A stretch of DNA of 42,712 nucleotides from Candidatus Thorarchaeota archaeon (GTDB lineage: Archaea > Asgardarchaeota > Thorarchaeia > Thorarchaeales > Thorarchaeaceae). The notes beneath the pieces were generated by a model, which worked only from the letters and a program-made list of their open reading frames with translations, did not search any database and was not told the DNA's origin. Both the position numbers and the translations under genes were made by a program. This document shows, piece by piece, positions 18,904 through 27,878 of this stretch (its first letter is position 1; each line of letters starts with the position of its first letter). The stretch lies in the NCBI GenBank assembly GCA_016839605.1, contig JAEOTX010000013.1, positions 1-42,712 on the forward strand, written 5' to 3'.

Positions 18904-19371
18904 TTACTCGTCACTTCCCTTAGCGGCTTTCTTGTCCGCTCGATCAACCTTATCCAGGAGGCGTTTGAGTGACCTTTGTGTCATTCTGCCATGTACCTCA
19001 TCATCTAAGAGCACTGCAGGTGCCAACGCACAAGCACCGACACAGGCCACCCTTTCCAGACTGTATCTTTCATCAGCTGTGGTTTCACCTGGCTGGATGC
19101 CTAGTCTTTCACTGAGTGTGTCCAGGATCTTCTCTCCTCCACCAACATGACATGCAGTCCCAAGACAGACTCGAATCTCATGCTTTCCTGGTGGGTTGAA
19201 CCTGAAGTGATTGTAAAAGGTAGCAACTCCGTATATCTCCTGACTGCTCACTTTCAACTGGCTTGAGAGCCACTCAACAGCCTCTTGGGGGATATACCCA
19301 AATTTTTCTTGGATCTCTTGGAGCCTTGGTATCACTTCATGCTGAAGCTCAACGGCAGACTGTTCGGCCAT
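18904..19371 (-). CDS. NuoE/HydC-like [2Fe-2S] subunit
   Basis: GVATFY, VCLGTACH, ACVGACALAP; start likely ATG 19371 (or 19398). Confidence 0.92.
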   Translation of the reverse strand: MAEQSAVELQHEVIPRLQEIQEKFGYIPQEAVEWLSSQLKVSSQEIYGVATFYNHFRFNPPGKHEIRVCLGTACHVGGGEKILDTLSERLGIQPGETTADERYSLERVACVGACALAPAVLLDDEVHGRMTQRSLKRLLDKVDRADKKAAKGSDE

Positions 19372-19497
19372 ACTTTCCCGTCGGCTTTCACTGGTCATAA
19401 AAGGATTTGGAATGAGCCCGAGAGACACATCGACAATTCCATGTATTGTAAGGGTTCATTAGACAACAGAATGCAACACAACCAGAGGTATCCAACG

Positions 19498-21018
19498 ATG
19501 CAGGAATCCCCTCTGACCACTAAAGAGATGCGGGTCTTAGAGCTCAACGCAGCGTACCTGGGTGTTACCCATAGCATGCTCATGCAGAATGCTGGCCGCG
19601 AAGTTGCACGTGTGATCACAACAAACGAGAAGGTACTTGGCAGAGAAATTGTGATTCTCTGCGGTCTCGGAGGTAATGGTGGGGACGGAATGGTGGCTGC
19701 TCGATATCTCCAGGAAGAAGGAGCAATTGTTGAAGTCTATCTTCTAGGTTCTGAGAATGACATATCCAACCGCGAGACAATAATGAACTGGGGAATTCTA
19801 AAGAATCTTCAGGAAATCACAAGAGGTGTTCTGAAGACAGAGTCTTCCATTAAGAAGACAAAGTCCATTCTTGATGCTAACATTGCGATTGATGCCATGA
19901 TGGGATTTGGGCTAAAGAGTCGCCTACGTGAACCTATTCTCTCAGGTGTTACAATGTTCAACAAATCCAAGGCAAAGAAGTATGCAATCGACATCCCTAC
20001 AGGTATTGACTCAGATACTGGGGAGATTCATGGAAGGGCAGTGAAAGCAGACGTGACAATCGCACTTCACGGACCAAAGAAGGGATTTCTAGCCGCAAAA
20101 GAGTTAGTTGGAAAAGTGAATGTTGTTTCAATTGGGATTCCAGCAGAAGCAAACACGGTGTGTGGGCCAGGTGACCTCTCATATTATGTTGCGCCTAGGA
20201 AAACAAGTGCCCGGAAGGGTGACTTTGGGAGAATTCTAGTCGTGGGCGGCAGCGATGTCTATTCAGGAGCACCAGCTCTGGCTGGTCTTGCTGCCCTCAG
20301 GACTGGAGCTGATCTTGTTAGCATTATGACCCCTGAGCCAGTCGTTTCAGCCGTGCGTTCATACAGCCCGAACCTAATGGTCAGAAGCCTTGGGACTCGA
20401 GTGCTAATGCGTGAGTCTGCTGAGTCTATCATTGATGCTGCTTCCAGCCAAGATGTTGTTGCCCTTGGACCTGGCCTGGGTCTTGAACATGATACTGTAT
20501 TGGCTGTCAGAGAAATCGTGAACAAGTTAGTATCTATGGTAAAGCCACATACTCTGGATGCTGACGGGTTGAAAGCGCTGGCTGGTTCAGAGATAATTCT
20601 TAATCCTGGTTTCTCAGTGCTTACTCCTCATTGGGGAGAGCTTTCCATCTTAATGGAGAAGAAACTTGGAATGGCCAGTGATATGACGAATCGAGTAGAC
20701 GCAGCTCTGGAAACGGCAAAGAAGTACAACTCAGTAATCCTCCTCAAGGGTCCAATTGACGTTGTTGCTCATCCTGATGGACGATACAAGCTAAATCGCA
20801 CTGGAGTTCCTGCGATGAGTGTTGGTGGAACAGGTGATGTTCTGTCAGGTATCGTTGCAGCTTTGCTAGCAAGAGGCCATGGAGCGTTTAAAGCGGCGTC
20901 AGCAGCAGCCTTCGTTTCAGGATCAGCTGGAGAGCTTGCTTTCAATGAGCTCGGCGATCACATTATGGCCACTGACTGTATCGACAGAATTCCTGCTGCA
21001 ATGGACTCTCATACTTAA
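19498..21018 (+). CDS. nnr: Bifunctional NAD(P)H-hydrate epimerase/dehydratase
   Basis: LMQNAG, GNGGDG, DIPTG, KGDFG, YSGAP, LGPGLG, DADGL, TPHWGE, LKG, GGTGDVLSG; start trimmed from track's 19285. Confidence 0.95.
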   Translation: MQESPLTTKEMRVLELNAAYLGVTHSMLMQNAGREVARVITTNEKVLGREIVILCGLGGNGGDGMVAARYLQEEGAIVEVYLLGSENDISNRETIMNWGILKNLQEITRGVLKTESSIKKTKSILDANIAIDAMMGFGLKSRLREPILSGVTMFNKSKAKKYAIDIPTGIDSDTGEIHGRAVKADVTIALHGPKKGFLAAKELVGKVNVVSIGIPAEANTVCGPGDLSYYVAPRKTSARKGDFGRILVVGGSDVYSGAPALAGLAALRTGADLVSIMTPEPVVSAVRSYSPNLMVRSLGTRVLMRESAESIIDAASSQDVVALGPGLGLEHDTVLAVREIVNKLVSMVKPHTLDADGLKALAGSEIILNPGFSVLTPHWGELSILMEKKLGMASDMTNRVDAALETAKKYNSVILLKGPIDVVAHPDGRYKLNRTGVPAMSVGGTGDVLSGIVAALLARGHGAFKAASAAAFVSGSAGELAFNELGDHIMATDCIDRIPAAMDSHT

Positions 21019-21995
21019 CGTATGATAGGCATCTTGTCAAGGAGCGACCTGGCCAGCGACTTGTTCTCCTTGTGCACAGGCACCCATACAATCCCGGCAT
21101 CTGGCTGGCCATATAGCATGACCGATCCCTTCGGTGCTAATAGAACGCCTGGGAATCCCATGAGGTCTTCCTCTCCATCAACAAATACCAGCGATTTCTT
21201 CTTGTCATGTATCGCAGTGTTGATTGTGGACCAAGCTTCGGGGTAGAGCACGGCAGCTGGATTGTAAAACGTGTACTCTCGCTCGCCAGTGAAGGTCCCT
21301 TCGAATTTTCCACGTTTTGTTATTCCGTCCACAATTGAAACATCAGGGGCATATCCTTGTTCAATGAGCGTGGCTGCGGTGACATCTCCTACTGCTATCA
21401 CACACTTCGGGGTCTCTTCAACAATCCTTGAAACGATTCGTTCCTCCGGGGAACCATCCTTCTTGTGGTACAGGTCTCCCTTTGGCGATTTCAGGTCGCT
21501 TCTTTGTGAAAAGTCAAGTTTTCGTGGAGGTTCTTTTGTGCCCCTCAAGCGCTTTCCTTCTCTATCTATCTCTCCTTTGCGAACCCTGGCAGACGTGAGC
21601 TTATCTCCGTCGTAGGCTCGAACAGGTTTCAGGTACTTCAAGACATCTTCGTGCTTGGTTCTCTTATCTAATGCACCGGACCTGACCTCATCACAACAGG
21701 GGCCTTGATACATCAAGAATGTAGTTGCTCCTTCTATTGATAGCAGCTCGTCAAACTGAGTCATTGTGATTGCGCTGATGGCGCCGTCCAGCTCCTCACT
21801 CGTCAGGTATTCCTTCAACTTGGCAAGTCGCACCTCAATCGGCTGGATGATGCACTGAAGATCAAGATCCCTGCCAACTATCTCGCCTCCTGTGACGACT
21901 GCAACAGGATTTGGCATATCTGACAATCTATCTATCAAGGCCTGATGTCCTAAATGGAATCTATCAAAGAGGTTCAATGCATAGGTGCTAACCAT
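21015..21995 (-). CDS. Fusion of phosphopantetheine adenylyltransferase (archaeal/eukaryotic type) and GTP-dependent dephospho-CoA kinase (DUF359)
   Basis: N-term FDRFHLGH (HxGH) and KLTSARVRKGEIDREG; C-term LKSPKG, VGDVT, VDGITKR, NPAA, DGEEDL, YGQP..GIV. Confidence 0.85.
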   Translation of the reverse strand: MVSTYALNLFDRFHLGHQALIDRLSDMPNPVAVVTGGEIVGRDLDLQCIIQPIEVRLAKLKEYLTSEELDGAISAITMTQFDELLSIEGATTFLMYQGPCCDEVRSGALDKRTKHEDVLKYLKPVRAYDGDKLTSARVRKGEIDREGKRLRGTKEPPRKLDFSQRSDLKSPKGDLYHKKDGSPEERIVSRIVEETPKCVIAVGDVTAATLIEQGYAPDVSIVDGITKRGKFEGTFTGEREYTFYNPAAVLYPEAWSTINTAIHDKKKSLVFVDGEEDLMGFPGVLLAPKGSVMLYGQPDAGIVWVPVHKENKSLARSLLDKMPIIR

Positions 21996-22081
21996 GAATC
22001 ACACGCTCTAAATGTCTGTTTTGAAACTTTAATATCCTTGTTTAACATGTCTGATTACAATCGTTATGCAGAGCTATCAGA

Positions 22082-22777
22082 ATGAAAATACTAGCGGTCG
22101 CTGACGTACATAGTCCTCGGTTTCATGAAGAGTTCAAACTAGAGATTTCCACGTATTCTGAACCTGACATCTTCCTCATGGCAGGTGACATGATCCACAG
22201 AGGAATCGCTGAAGAGATCGTTCGTGTTCTCGATACTATAGAAGAAACCCTTGGCCTCGGATTCCCCATTATTGGTTGTTTTGGAAATGAGGAATATGCT
22301 GAGATTCGAAAGACGCTTGTAAATCTCGTTGAAGGAAGAATGACTTTTCTAGATGAGCAAAGTTTCTCTGTGAATTCAGATGGCAAAACAATAGGTGTTG
22401 TGGGTACTCAGGGCTCTCTCGATAAGGCAACTACTTGGCAAAGGAGAAATATCCCCGGCGTGAAGAGAGTCTTCGAAAGGCGTGCAAGAAGAGCTTCATC
22501 CCTTCTCAAGGGATTGATGAAGAAAGTGGACCACACCATCCTCCTCATGCATTACAGTCCATGCCTAGAGACCTGCGAGGGTGAAATAGACAAAGCATTC
22601 GCGTGGCTGGGAAGTAGGAAATTCTATAGTGTTGTCGAGAAACGCCAACCAGACTTGGTGATTCATGGTCATGTCCATAATTCCTGGACGCATGAGGCCA
22701 TGATAGGACGTACTCTGGTTCGAAACGTTGCCTTTCCAGCTGTGGGAACGGTTACTGAGCTGGACCTTTGGAGCTAG
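22082..22777 (+). CDS. Calcineurin-like metallophosphoesterase
   Basis: DVH, GD, GNEE, HYSP, HGHVH motifs. Confidence 0.9.
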   Translation: MKILAVADVHSPRFHEEFKLEISTYSEPDIFLMAGDMIHRGIAEEIVRVLDTIEETLGLGFPIIGCFGNEEYAEIRKTLVNLVEGRMTFLDEQSFSVNSDGKTIGVVGTQGSLDKATTWQRRNIPGVKRVFERRARRASSLLKGLMKKVDHTILLMHYSPCLETCEGEIDKAFAWLGSRKFYSVVEKRQPDLVIHGHVHNSWTHEAMIGRTLVRNVAFPAVGTVTELDLWS

Positions 22778-22779
22778 TT

Positions 22780-23208
22780 TTACGGATACGAATGTCCAGT
22801 TACCTTTAGCACTGGTTCGAACTTGTAGCCATAGACGATGACTCCCGCGGTACCAGCCTGAGTGATCTTGCGGAAACATGCTCTGACTCTCATTCCAATC
22901 TCGACTTCTTCTGGATCTATATTGACAATCTGAGCTGTCACTCGTGCTCCCTCGTCAAGCTCCACTTGTGCGATGACGTAGGGGATTTGTCGCTTGAAGT
23001 CATCTGGTGCTTGCCGAACTACTGCAAAAGTATGAATCTTACCTAGTCCCTTGAATTTGTGATCCTCTAAGACTCCCTTTCTTCTGCAAGTTGGGCAAAC
23101 AGGTCTAGGCGGAAAGTAGTATGTATCACATGTTTTGCAGGTATTGCCTTCGATGTTGTAAATTGCTCTAATTCTTCTCCAGATCTGTGCAACTCCATGT
23201 TGTGCCAT
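22780..23208 (-). CDS. DUF35 Zn-ribbon/OB-fold scaffold of the thiolase-HMGCS complex
   Basis: CKTC...FPPRPVCPTC, PYVIAQVELDEG, YGYKF; downstream of thiolase. Confidence 0.92.
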   Translation of the reverse strand: MAQHGVAQIWRRIRAIYNIEGNTCKTCDTYYFPPRPVCPTCRRKGVLEDHKFKGLGKIHTFAVVRQAPDDFKRQIPYVIAQVELDEGARVTAQIVNIDPEEVEIGMRVRACFRKITQAGTAGVIVYGYKFEPVLKVTGHSYP

Positions 23209-23214
23209 TCTTTT

Positions 23215-24375
23215 CTACCTCCCTAAGATGTGCACTATAGATGTGGCTCCAGTGCCTCCGATGTTGACAGCAAGTCCTCTTTCAGCGCCATCAACTTGTC
23301 TTCCACCGCCTTGCTCCCTGAGCTGGAGAGCAAGCTCTACAATCTGCGCAACTCCCGTGGCTCCTATCGGGTGGCCGCGTGCCTTGAGGCCGCCAGAAGT
23401 ATTCACAGGGAACTTTCCTCCAATCTCCGTTAGACCATCACTTAATGTTTGACCGCCCTCTCCTTTCTTAGCAATGCCCACATCTTCTGTGAGAGTAATC
23501 TCACCGATTGTGAAGCTATCGTGAAGCTCGAAGACATCAATGTCCTTTATTTCGACTTTCGCCTTCTCCAATGCTTCCTTAGATGATTTGACTACTGCAT
23601 CCATTGTGCATATGTCTCTTCTGTCATGAAGTGCCAAAGTGTCACTGGCTTGAGTCGAAGACTCGATGTATACTGGAGTATCAGTATACTCCTTTGCTTT
23701 TTCTTCAGAACACATGATGAGCCCAGCTGCGCCATCTGTCACAGGTGATGAATGAAGCACTCGAATGGGATCTGCTAACATCCCTGAACCCATGACTACC
23801 TTTAGAGGAACTGGACGCTGAAACTGCGCGTACGGATTATGAGCAGCATTTGCATGATTCTTCACTGTGGGCAGGCTAAGCTGCTCCTCAGTGGTTCCAT
23901 ATTCCTTCATATGACGACGAGCAATGAATGCATAGAGGGCTGGGAATGTTGCTCCAAACATGCCCTCCCATTCCCAATCGCTAGCGACACTGATGGTATT
24001 CATTGCCTCTGTCTGGTTGACATCGCTCATTTTCTCAGTGCCCAGGACCATCATGACATCGTGTTCGCCGGAACGAATGGCCATGTATGCCTGTCTGACA
24101 GCTGCGCCTCCGCTAGCGCATGCTGCTTCAACGCTATATGCTGGGACACCACCGAGACCACCTGCATCAACAGCAAGGGCTCCGAGGTGCTCCTGACCAG
24201 TGAACCTGCCCGCACTCATGTTTCCTATACAGACAGCTTCTATGTCAGCTCCTCGAACACCTGAATCGAAAATAGCGACCATGGCCGCCTCGAGTGTGAT
24301 ATCAACGATGCTCTGTTCCCATAGTTCTCCGAATTTACTTAGCCCTACTCCAATAATTGCCACTCTATTACTCAT
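23215..24375 (-). CDS. Acetoacetyl-CoA thiolase (archaeal type)
   Basis: EAACASG, ELHDSF, GHPIGATG. Confidence 0.95.
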   Translation of the reverse strand: MSNRVAIIGVGLSKFGELWEQSIVDITLEAAMVAIFDSGVRGADIEAVCIGNMSAGRFTGQEHLGALAVDAGGLGGVPAYSVEAACASGGAAVRQAYMAIRSGEHDVMMVLGTEKMSDVNQTEAMNTISVASDWEWEGMFGATFPALYAFIARRHMKEYGTTEEQLSLPTVKNHANAAHNPYAQFQRPVPLKVVMGSGMLADPIRVLHSSPVTDGAAGLIMCSEEKAKEYTDTPVYIESSTQASDTLALHDRRDICTMDAVVKSSKEALEKAKVEIKDIDVFELHDSFTIGEITLTEDVGIAKKGEGGQTLSDGLTEIGGKFPVNTSGGLKARGHPIGATGVAQIVELALQLREQGGGRQVDGAERGLAVNIGGTGATSIVHILGR

Positions 24376-24384
24376 TTGATCACC

Positions 24385-25428
24385 TCACCCAAGTGCCACA
24401 ATTTTCCGTCTGTATTTTGCATAGACGGCATAGCTAACGTATGTCTTTCTCGCAATGTAGTCATCCATAGTTGGGACTTCACCCCGGCGACTCTCAATCT
24501 CCTCTTCCACTTTGATTGAGAATGCGTCACTTCCTGCTCCTGAACCATAAGCCACCATGAATATCTTTGAGTCAGGATCGGCAATATCCAATATCCTGGC
24601 CAGTCCCATCATGGCAGAACCAGAATAGGTATTGCCTATCTGTCTGACTATAAGACTATCTTCTAGCTTCTCTGGCGGGACGCCTAGCTGCCTGCCCATT
24701 GCGATCGGGAATTTGCCATTGGGCATGTGAAACACAAAATAATCATAATCCTCTACTGTGGTCTTTGTCTTTTTCAGCAGAGATTTCGCTCCTGCTCCTA
24801 CATGTCGGAAATATGCTGGCTCACCTGTGAATCTCGCTCCATGACTAGGAAAGTCTTCACCCTCTCTTCGCCAGAAGTCTGGAGTGTCAGTTGTAAATGA
24901 AACCGTTTCTTCAATTGTTGCTACCGGCTTCTTTTTACCAATCAGAAACGCAGCTCCTCCCGCAGCAGCTGAATACTCAAGGGCATCGCCAGGACGGCCT
25001 TGTGCAGTATCAGAACCTATTGCTAGTCCGATTTTAATCATCTTTGAGTCCACTAGACCCATGCATGTCTGGACTGCAGCTGTTCCTGCTTTGCAGGCGA
25101 ACTCAAAGTCTGCACAAGTGATGTCATGTGTGCATCCAATAGATTCCGCAACAATCGTGCCAGTAGGCTTGACCGCATAGGGGTGTGACTCTGAGCCTAC
25201 ATACACTGCCCCTATATCAGTAGGGTCAATATCTCCTTGTTTGATAGCATTTCGTGCGGCTTCCACCGAGATCGTAGCCACATCTTCATCAGGTCCTGGT
25301 ACCGACTTCTCAAACACACCAAGACCCTTTGCCAGTTTGGGCCCATCTTCACCCCAAACAGCAGCAATTTCTTCAGTCTTGATGCGATAGCGTGGTACGT
25401 AGACTCCATAGCCAACAATACCTACCAT
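24385..25428 (-). CDS. Hydroxymethylglutaryl-CoA synthase
   Basis: [39 protein letters not shown]; ATG 25428 (or 25443). Confidence 0.95.
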   Translation of the reverse strand: MVGIVGYGVYVPRYRIKTEEIAAVWGEDGPKLAKGLGVFEKSVPGPDEDVATISVEAARNAIKQGDIDPTDIGAVYVGSESHPYAVKPTGTIVAESIGCTHDITCADFEFACKAGTAAVQTCMGLVDSKMIKIGLAIGSDTAQGRPGDALEYSAAAGGAAFLIGKKKPVATIEETVSFTTDTPDFWRREGEDFPSHGARFTGEPAYFRHVGAGAKSLLKKTKTTVEDYDYFVFHMPNGKFPIAMGRQLGVPPEKLEDSLIVRQIGNTYSGSAMMGLARILDIADPDSKIFMVAYGSGAGSDAFSIKVEEEIESRRGEVPTMDDYIARKTYVSYAVYAKYRRKIVALG

Positions 25429-25731
25429 TTGCGCTCTCTCCATTTCGATTCGGTGATTGTCGAATCATGTTACGTCATTTTAATTGGAACTTAGACTTCT
25501 CGTCATCGAGCCTCTTAAGAACATTATTGAAGGGCTCTTTCCTTGTAACGACTATCACCGAATGTCACTCATCACTTCGGTTGATGCCGATAATTCCGTC
25601 TTCTAGCCTGCTATTTATGACTAGCGTTGGAACATCTGAGTGTGTTGAAGCATCGAAATGGTCTTGACGACAACTTGCCGAGCGAATTAAGGATATAAGC
25701 GTAAATTTCCGAGTATGACCAGGCGAGTTCA

Positions 25732-25920
25732 ATGTCAATCATGAGTACTAAATTCCAACGCATCACTGTGGAGGAACGCAAAACAGCAAGGGAGCTTCTT
25801 GTGGATTTGGAGCTGTCCACGGATCATGTAGTACTTGTTGAAGGGAAACGAATTGAGCTTGATGAAGCAATTGATGAGAATACTCTGGTGATTGTTCTCC
25901 CCCTCATTGCAGGCGGATGA
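25732..25920 (+). CDS. Ubiquitin-like sulfur carrier/modifier (ThiS/MoaD/SAMP family)
   Basis: 62 aa beta-grasp pattern (TARELL..L, VVLVEG) ending in C-terminal IAGG; TATA-like ATATAA about 30 bp upstream. Confidence 0.85.
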   Translation: MSIMSTKFQRITVEERKTARELLVDLELSTDHVVLVEGKRIELDEAIDENTLVIVLPLIAGG

Positions 25921-25943
25921 GTTTCCAAACTAGCTGGATCTAT

Positions 25944-27311
25944 TCACTTTTTGATGATTGCATCGTGCATATCTAATTCTGAGGCTAAGCTAAGCAAATA
26001 CTCCTGAGCTTTCGATCTCTGCTCTCTCCTTGTGGTATTCTTCATTTTCTTGACATTCTCTACTAAGCTCTTCATCAAGATTTTGCTCGAACCAGAGCTA
26101 TACTGTGTAGCCTTTTTCGGTAAAACACAGATGCTCTCTGGCAATCCCAATTGGCGAGCAAGTTCTCTAAAGATGACTTTCCTTTCAGGTTGATCCCCAA
26201 GACGGACTTTCCAATCCGAAGGAATCGAAAGTGCTAGGTCAACAAACTCACTAGAAAGGTAAGGGAAGTATGCCTCTATACCATGGACTGCAATGGCTCT
26301 TTCATCCCTTTCGATATTGGTTTCATGTGTTGCCATTACCTCTCTCCACAGCTGGTTGTCAAGTGCTTCTTTTCCTTTGCTCTCAAAGAGTCTTACATGC
26401 CTGGCGTAACCAGCAAACAACTCATCTGGTCCCTGCCCTGATAGAACAAGTGAGATGCCATCTGCTGATGCCTGGCTAGAAGCCAGATAAAATGGCATTG
26501 CAATCTCTACATCCATTAGATGTGCACTCTCAATGGCATACAGAAGATGCGGCAGTGCTTCCCAGACTACATCCGTATTGATCTCTACGCGGTTGAGGTT
26601 CATGTCTAAATCTTGTGCCGCACTCGCTGCCGCAACTTGGTCATGAAATGGCTGAGAAGAAGCGGAGTAAAGCTGCACATCTTCACACACCTCCTTCGCG
26701 AGAAGAGCGACAAGAGAGCTATCAATACCTCCCGAAAACAAGACTCCGACACGTCTGCCCACAATTCTCGTAAATGAATCCCTGAGAGTGACTTCCAATT
26801 GTCTAATGACGTCGTCTTGAGAAATATCTCGTACAATAGCTGGACGACGTTCCTTATCATCTATGACGCTGGGTTCGTTGATTCCCTTCATCTTGAGCCT
26901 TTGTCCTGGTTGAAGGGACTTGGTACTCTGAATTCCGATTTTCCAAAGGGCTTTTCTCTCATTGGAGAAGAAGATAGCTTGATTCGTTTTGGCATAATAG
27001 AGAGGTTTCATCGATAGTGAGTGACGTCTAAACTCGACTTCGTCAAGACTCACGGTCATTAGTAACGAATTCGCTTGCTCCCCTCCTTCTACAAGCAGAA
27101 TTCCATTCGAATCCTCCTTTCTGATAAGTGACTCTTGTTGGTGGGATCTAGTGCGAATAATGACGGTAGAGCCATCCTTGAGAGTGAAACTGAGAGTTGT
27201 TTCTTCTCCTCTATGGGAGAGCGTTTCAGACATTCTCTTTACAATATCTAGAGAGTCTTCGGTTGCCTGCTTTGAAATAAGTCCAGCAATGCCTACCAAT
27301 ACATTACTCAC
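25944..27311 (-). CDS. Asparagine synthetase B-like amidoligase
   Basis: RG, KPLYY, FSGGIDSS PP-loop, SGQGPDELFAGY, NIERD, PYL, KKATQYSSG; N-terminal catalytic Cys absent. Confidence 0.88.
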   Translation of the reverse strand: MSNVLVGIAGLISKQATEDSLDIVKRMSETLSHRGEETTLSFTLKDGSTVIIRTRSHQQESLIRKEDSNGILLVEGGEQANSLLMTVSLDEVEFRRHSLSMKPLYYAKTNQAIFFSNERKALWKIGIQSTKSLQPGQRLKMKGINEPSVIDDKERRPAIVRDISQDDVIRQLEVTLRDSFTRIVGRRVGVLFSGGIDSSLVALLAKEVCEDVQLYSASSQPFHDQVAAASAAQDLDMNLNRVEINTDVVWEALPHLLYAIESAHLMDVEIAMPFYLASSQASADGISLVLSGQGPDELFAGYARHVRLFESKGKEALDNQLWREVMATHETNIERDERAIAVHGIEAYFPYLSSEFVDLALSIPSDWKVRLGDQPERKVIFRELARQLGLPESICVLPKKATQYSSGSSKILMKSLVENVKKMKNTTRREQRSKAQEYLLSLASELDMHDAIIKK

Positions 27312-27386
27312 GCTCCTTCCGTAGAGAAGGGGTATTTCCTACGCGCAGTTGGGAGGCAATCGAGTTGCGCCGTGTTTGAGAGTTCT

Positions 27387-27791
27387 TCACTCGCCAACTG
27401 GCACCTGCTCAAGCACGACTTTCTGGACCCCGGTGATTCCATTCAATAGGTCATCTAGTTCCTTTACTTCAACAGCGAGCTGTTGAGGAGTGAAGTAGCA
27501 TTCATAGTAGCATTGGTCAGCTGCTTGACATATGCCGCTTGTGAACAGAATATCGTCGAGACCTGCTTTCATGAAGATGGTCGTCAGTTCTTCAAGGAAG
27601 CTCTTGCTCAGTTTCTCGATCTCTAGTTTGAGATACATCACAACCTCGCTGTCAACGGGATAGAGCTTGACATTCTTGTCCTTCATTACAAGAATAGCAA
27701 GACCATACGGTTGTTTTATTCCATCAACGAACTCCTTTGGGAGCGTGACAACATTTCCAGTATTAATCTCGAGGACCCTTGCTCGTGTCAT
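27387..27791 (-). CDS. Hypothetical protein (possible AbrB-like N-term + ACT-like C-term)
   Basis: Coding-like composition; VTLPKEF motif, ILFTSGIC...CYYECY; ferredoxin-fold-like end (LNGITGVQKVVL). Confidence 0.65.
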   Translation of the reverse strand: MTRARVLEINTGNVVTLPKEFVDGIKQPYGLAILVMKDKNVKLYPVDSEVVMYLKLEIEKLSKSFLEELTTIFMKAGLDDILFTSGICQAADQCYYECYFTPQQLAVEVKELDDLLNGITGVQKVVLEQVPVGE

Positions 27792-27878
27792 GTCGGCTTG
27801 TATCAATTTCTCACCCTCTTGGGTACAACAGCAGAAGTGAGTGCTCTCAATTTATCTCTTACGGGCAAGCCAAAATGC

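Noticed and set aside
25475-25680. Minus-strand frame upstream of HMG-CoA synthase interrupted by one TGA (possible Sec read-through or pseudogene)
   Set aside because: No credible start codon, no redox-motif context and no recognisable homology
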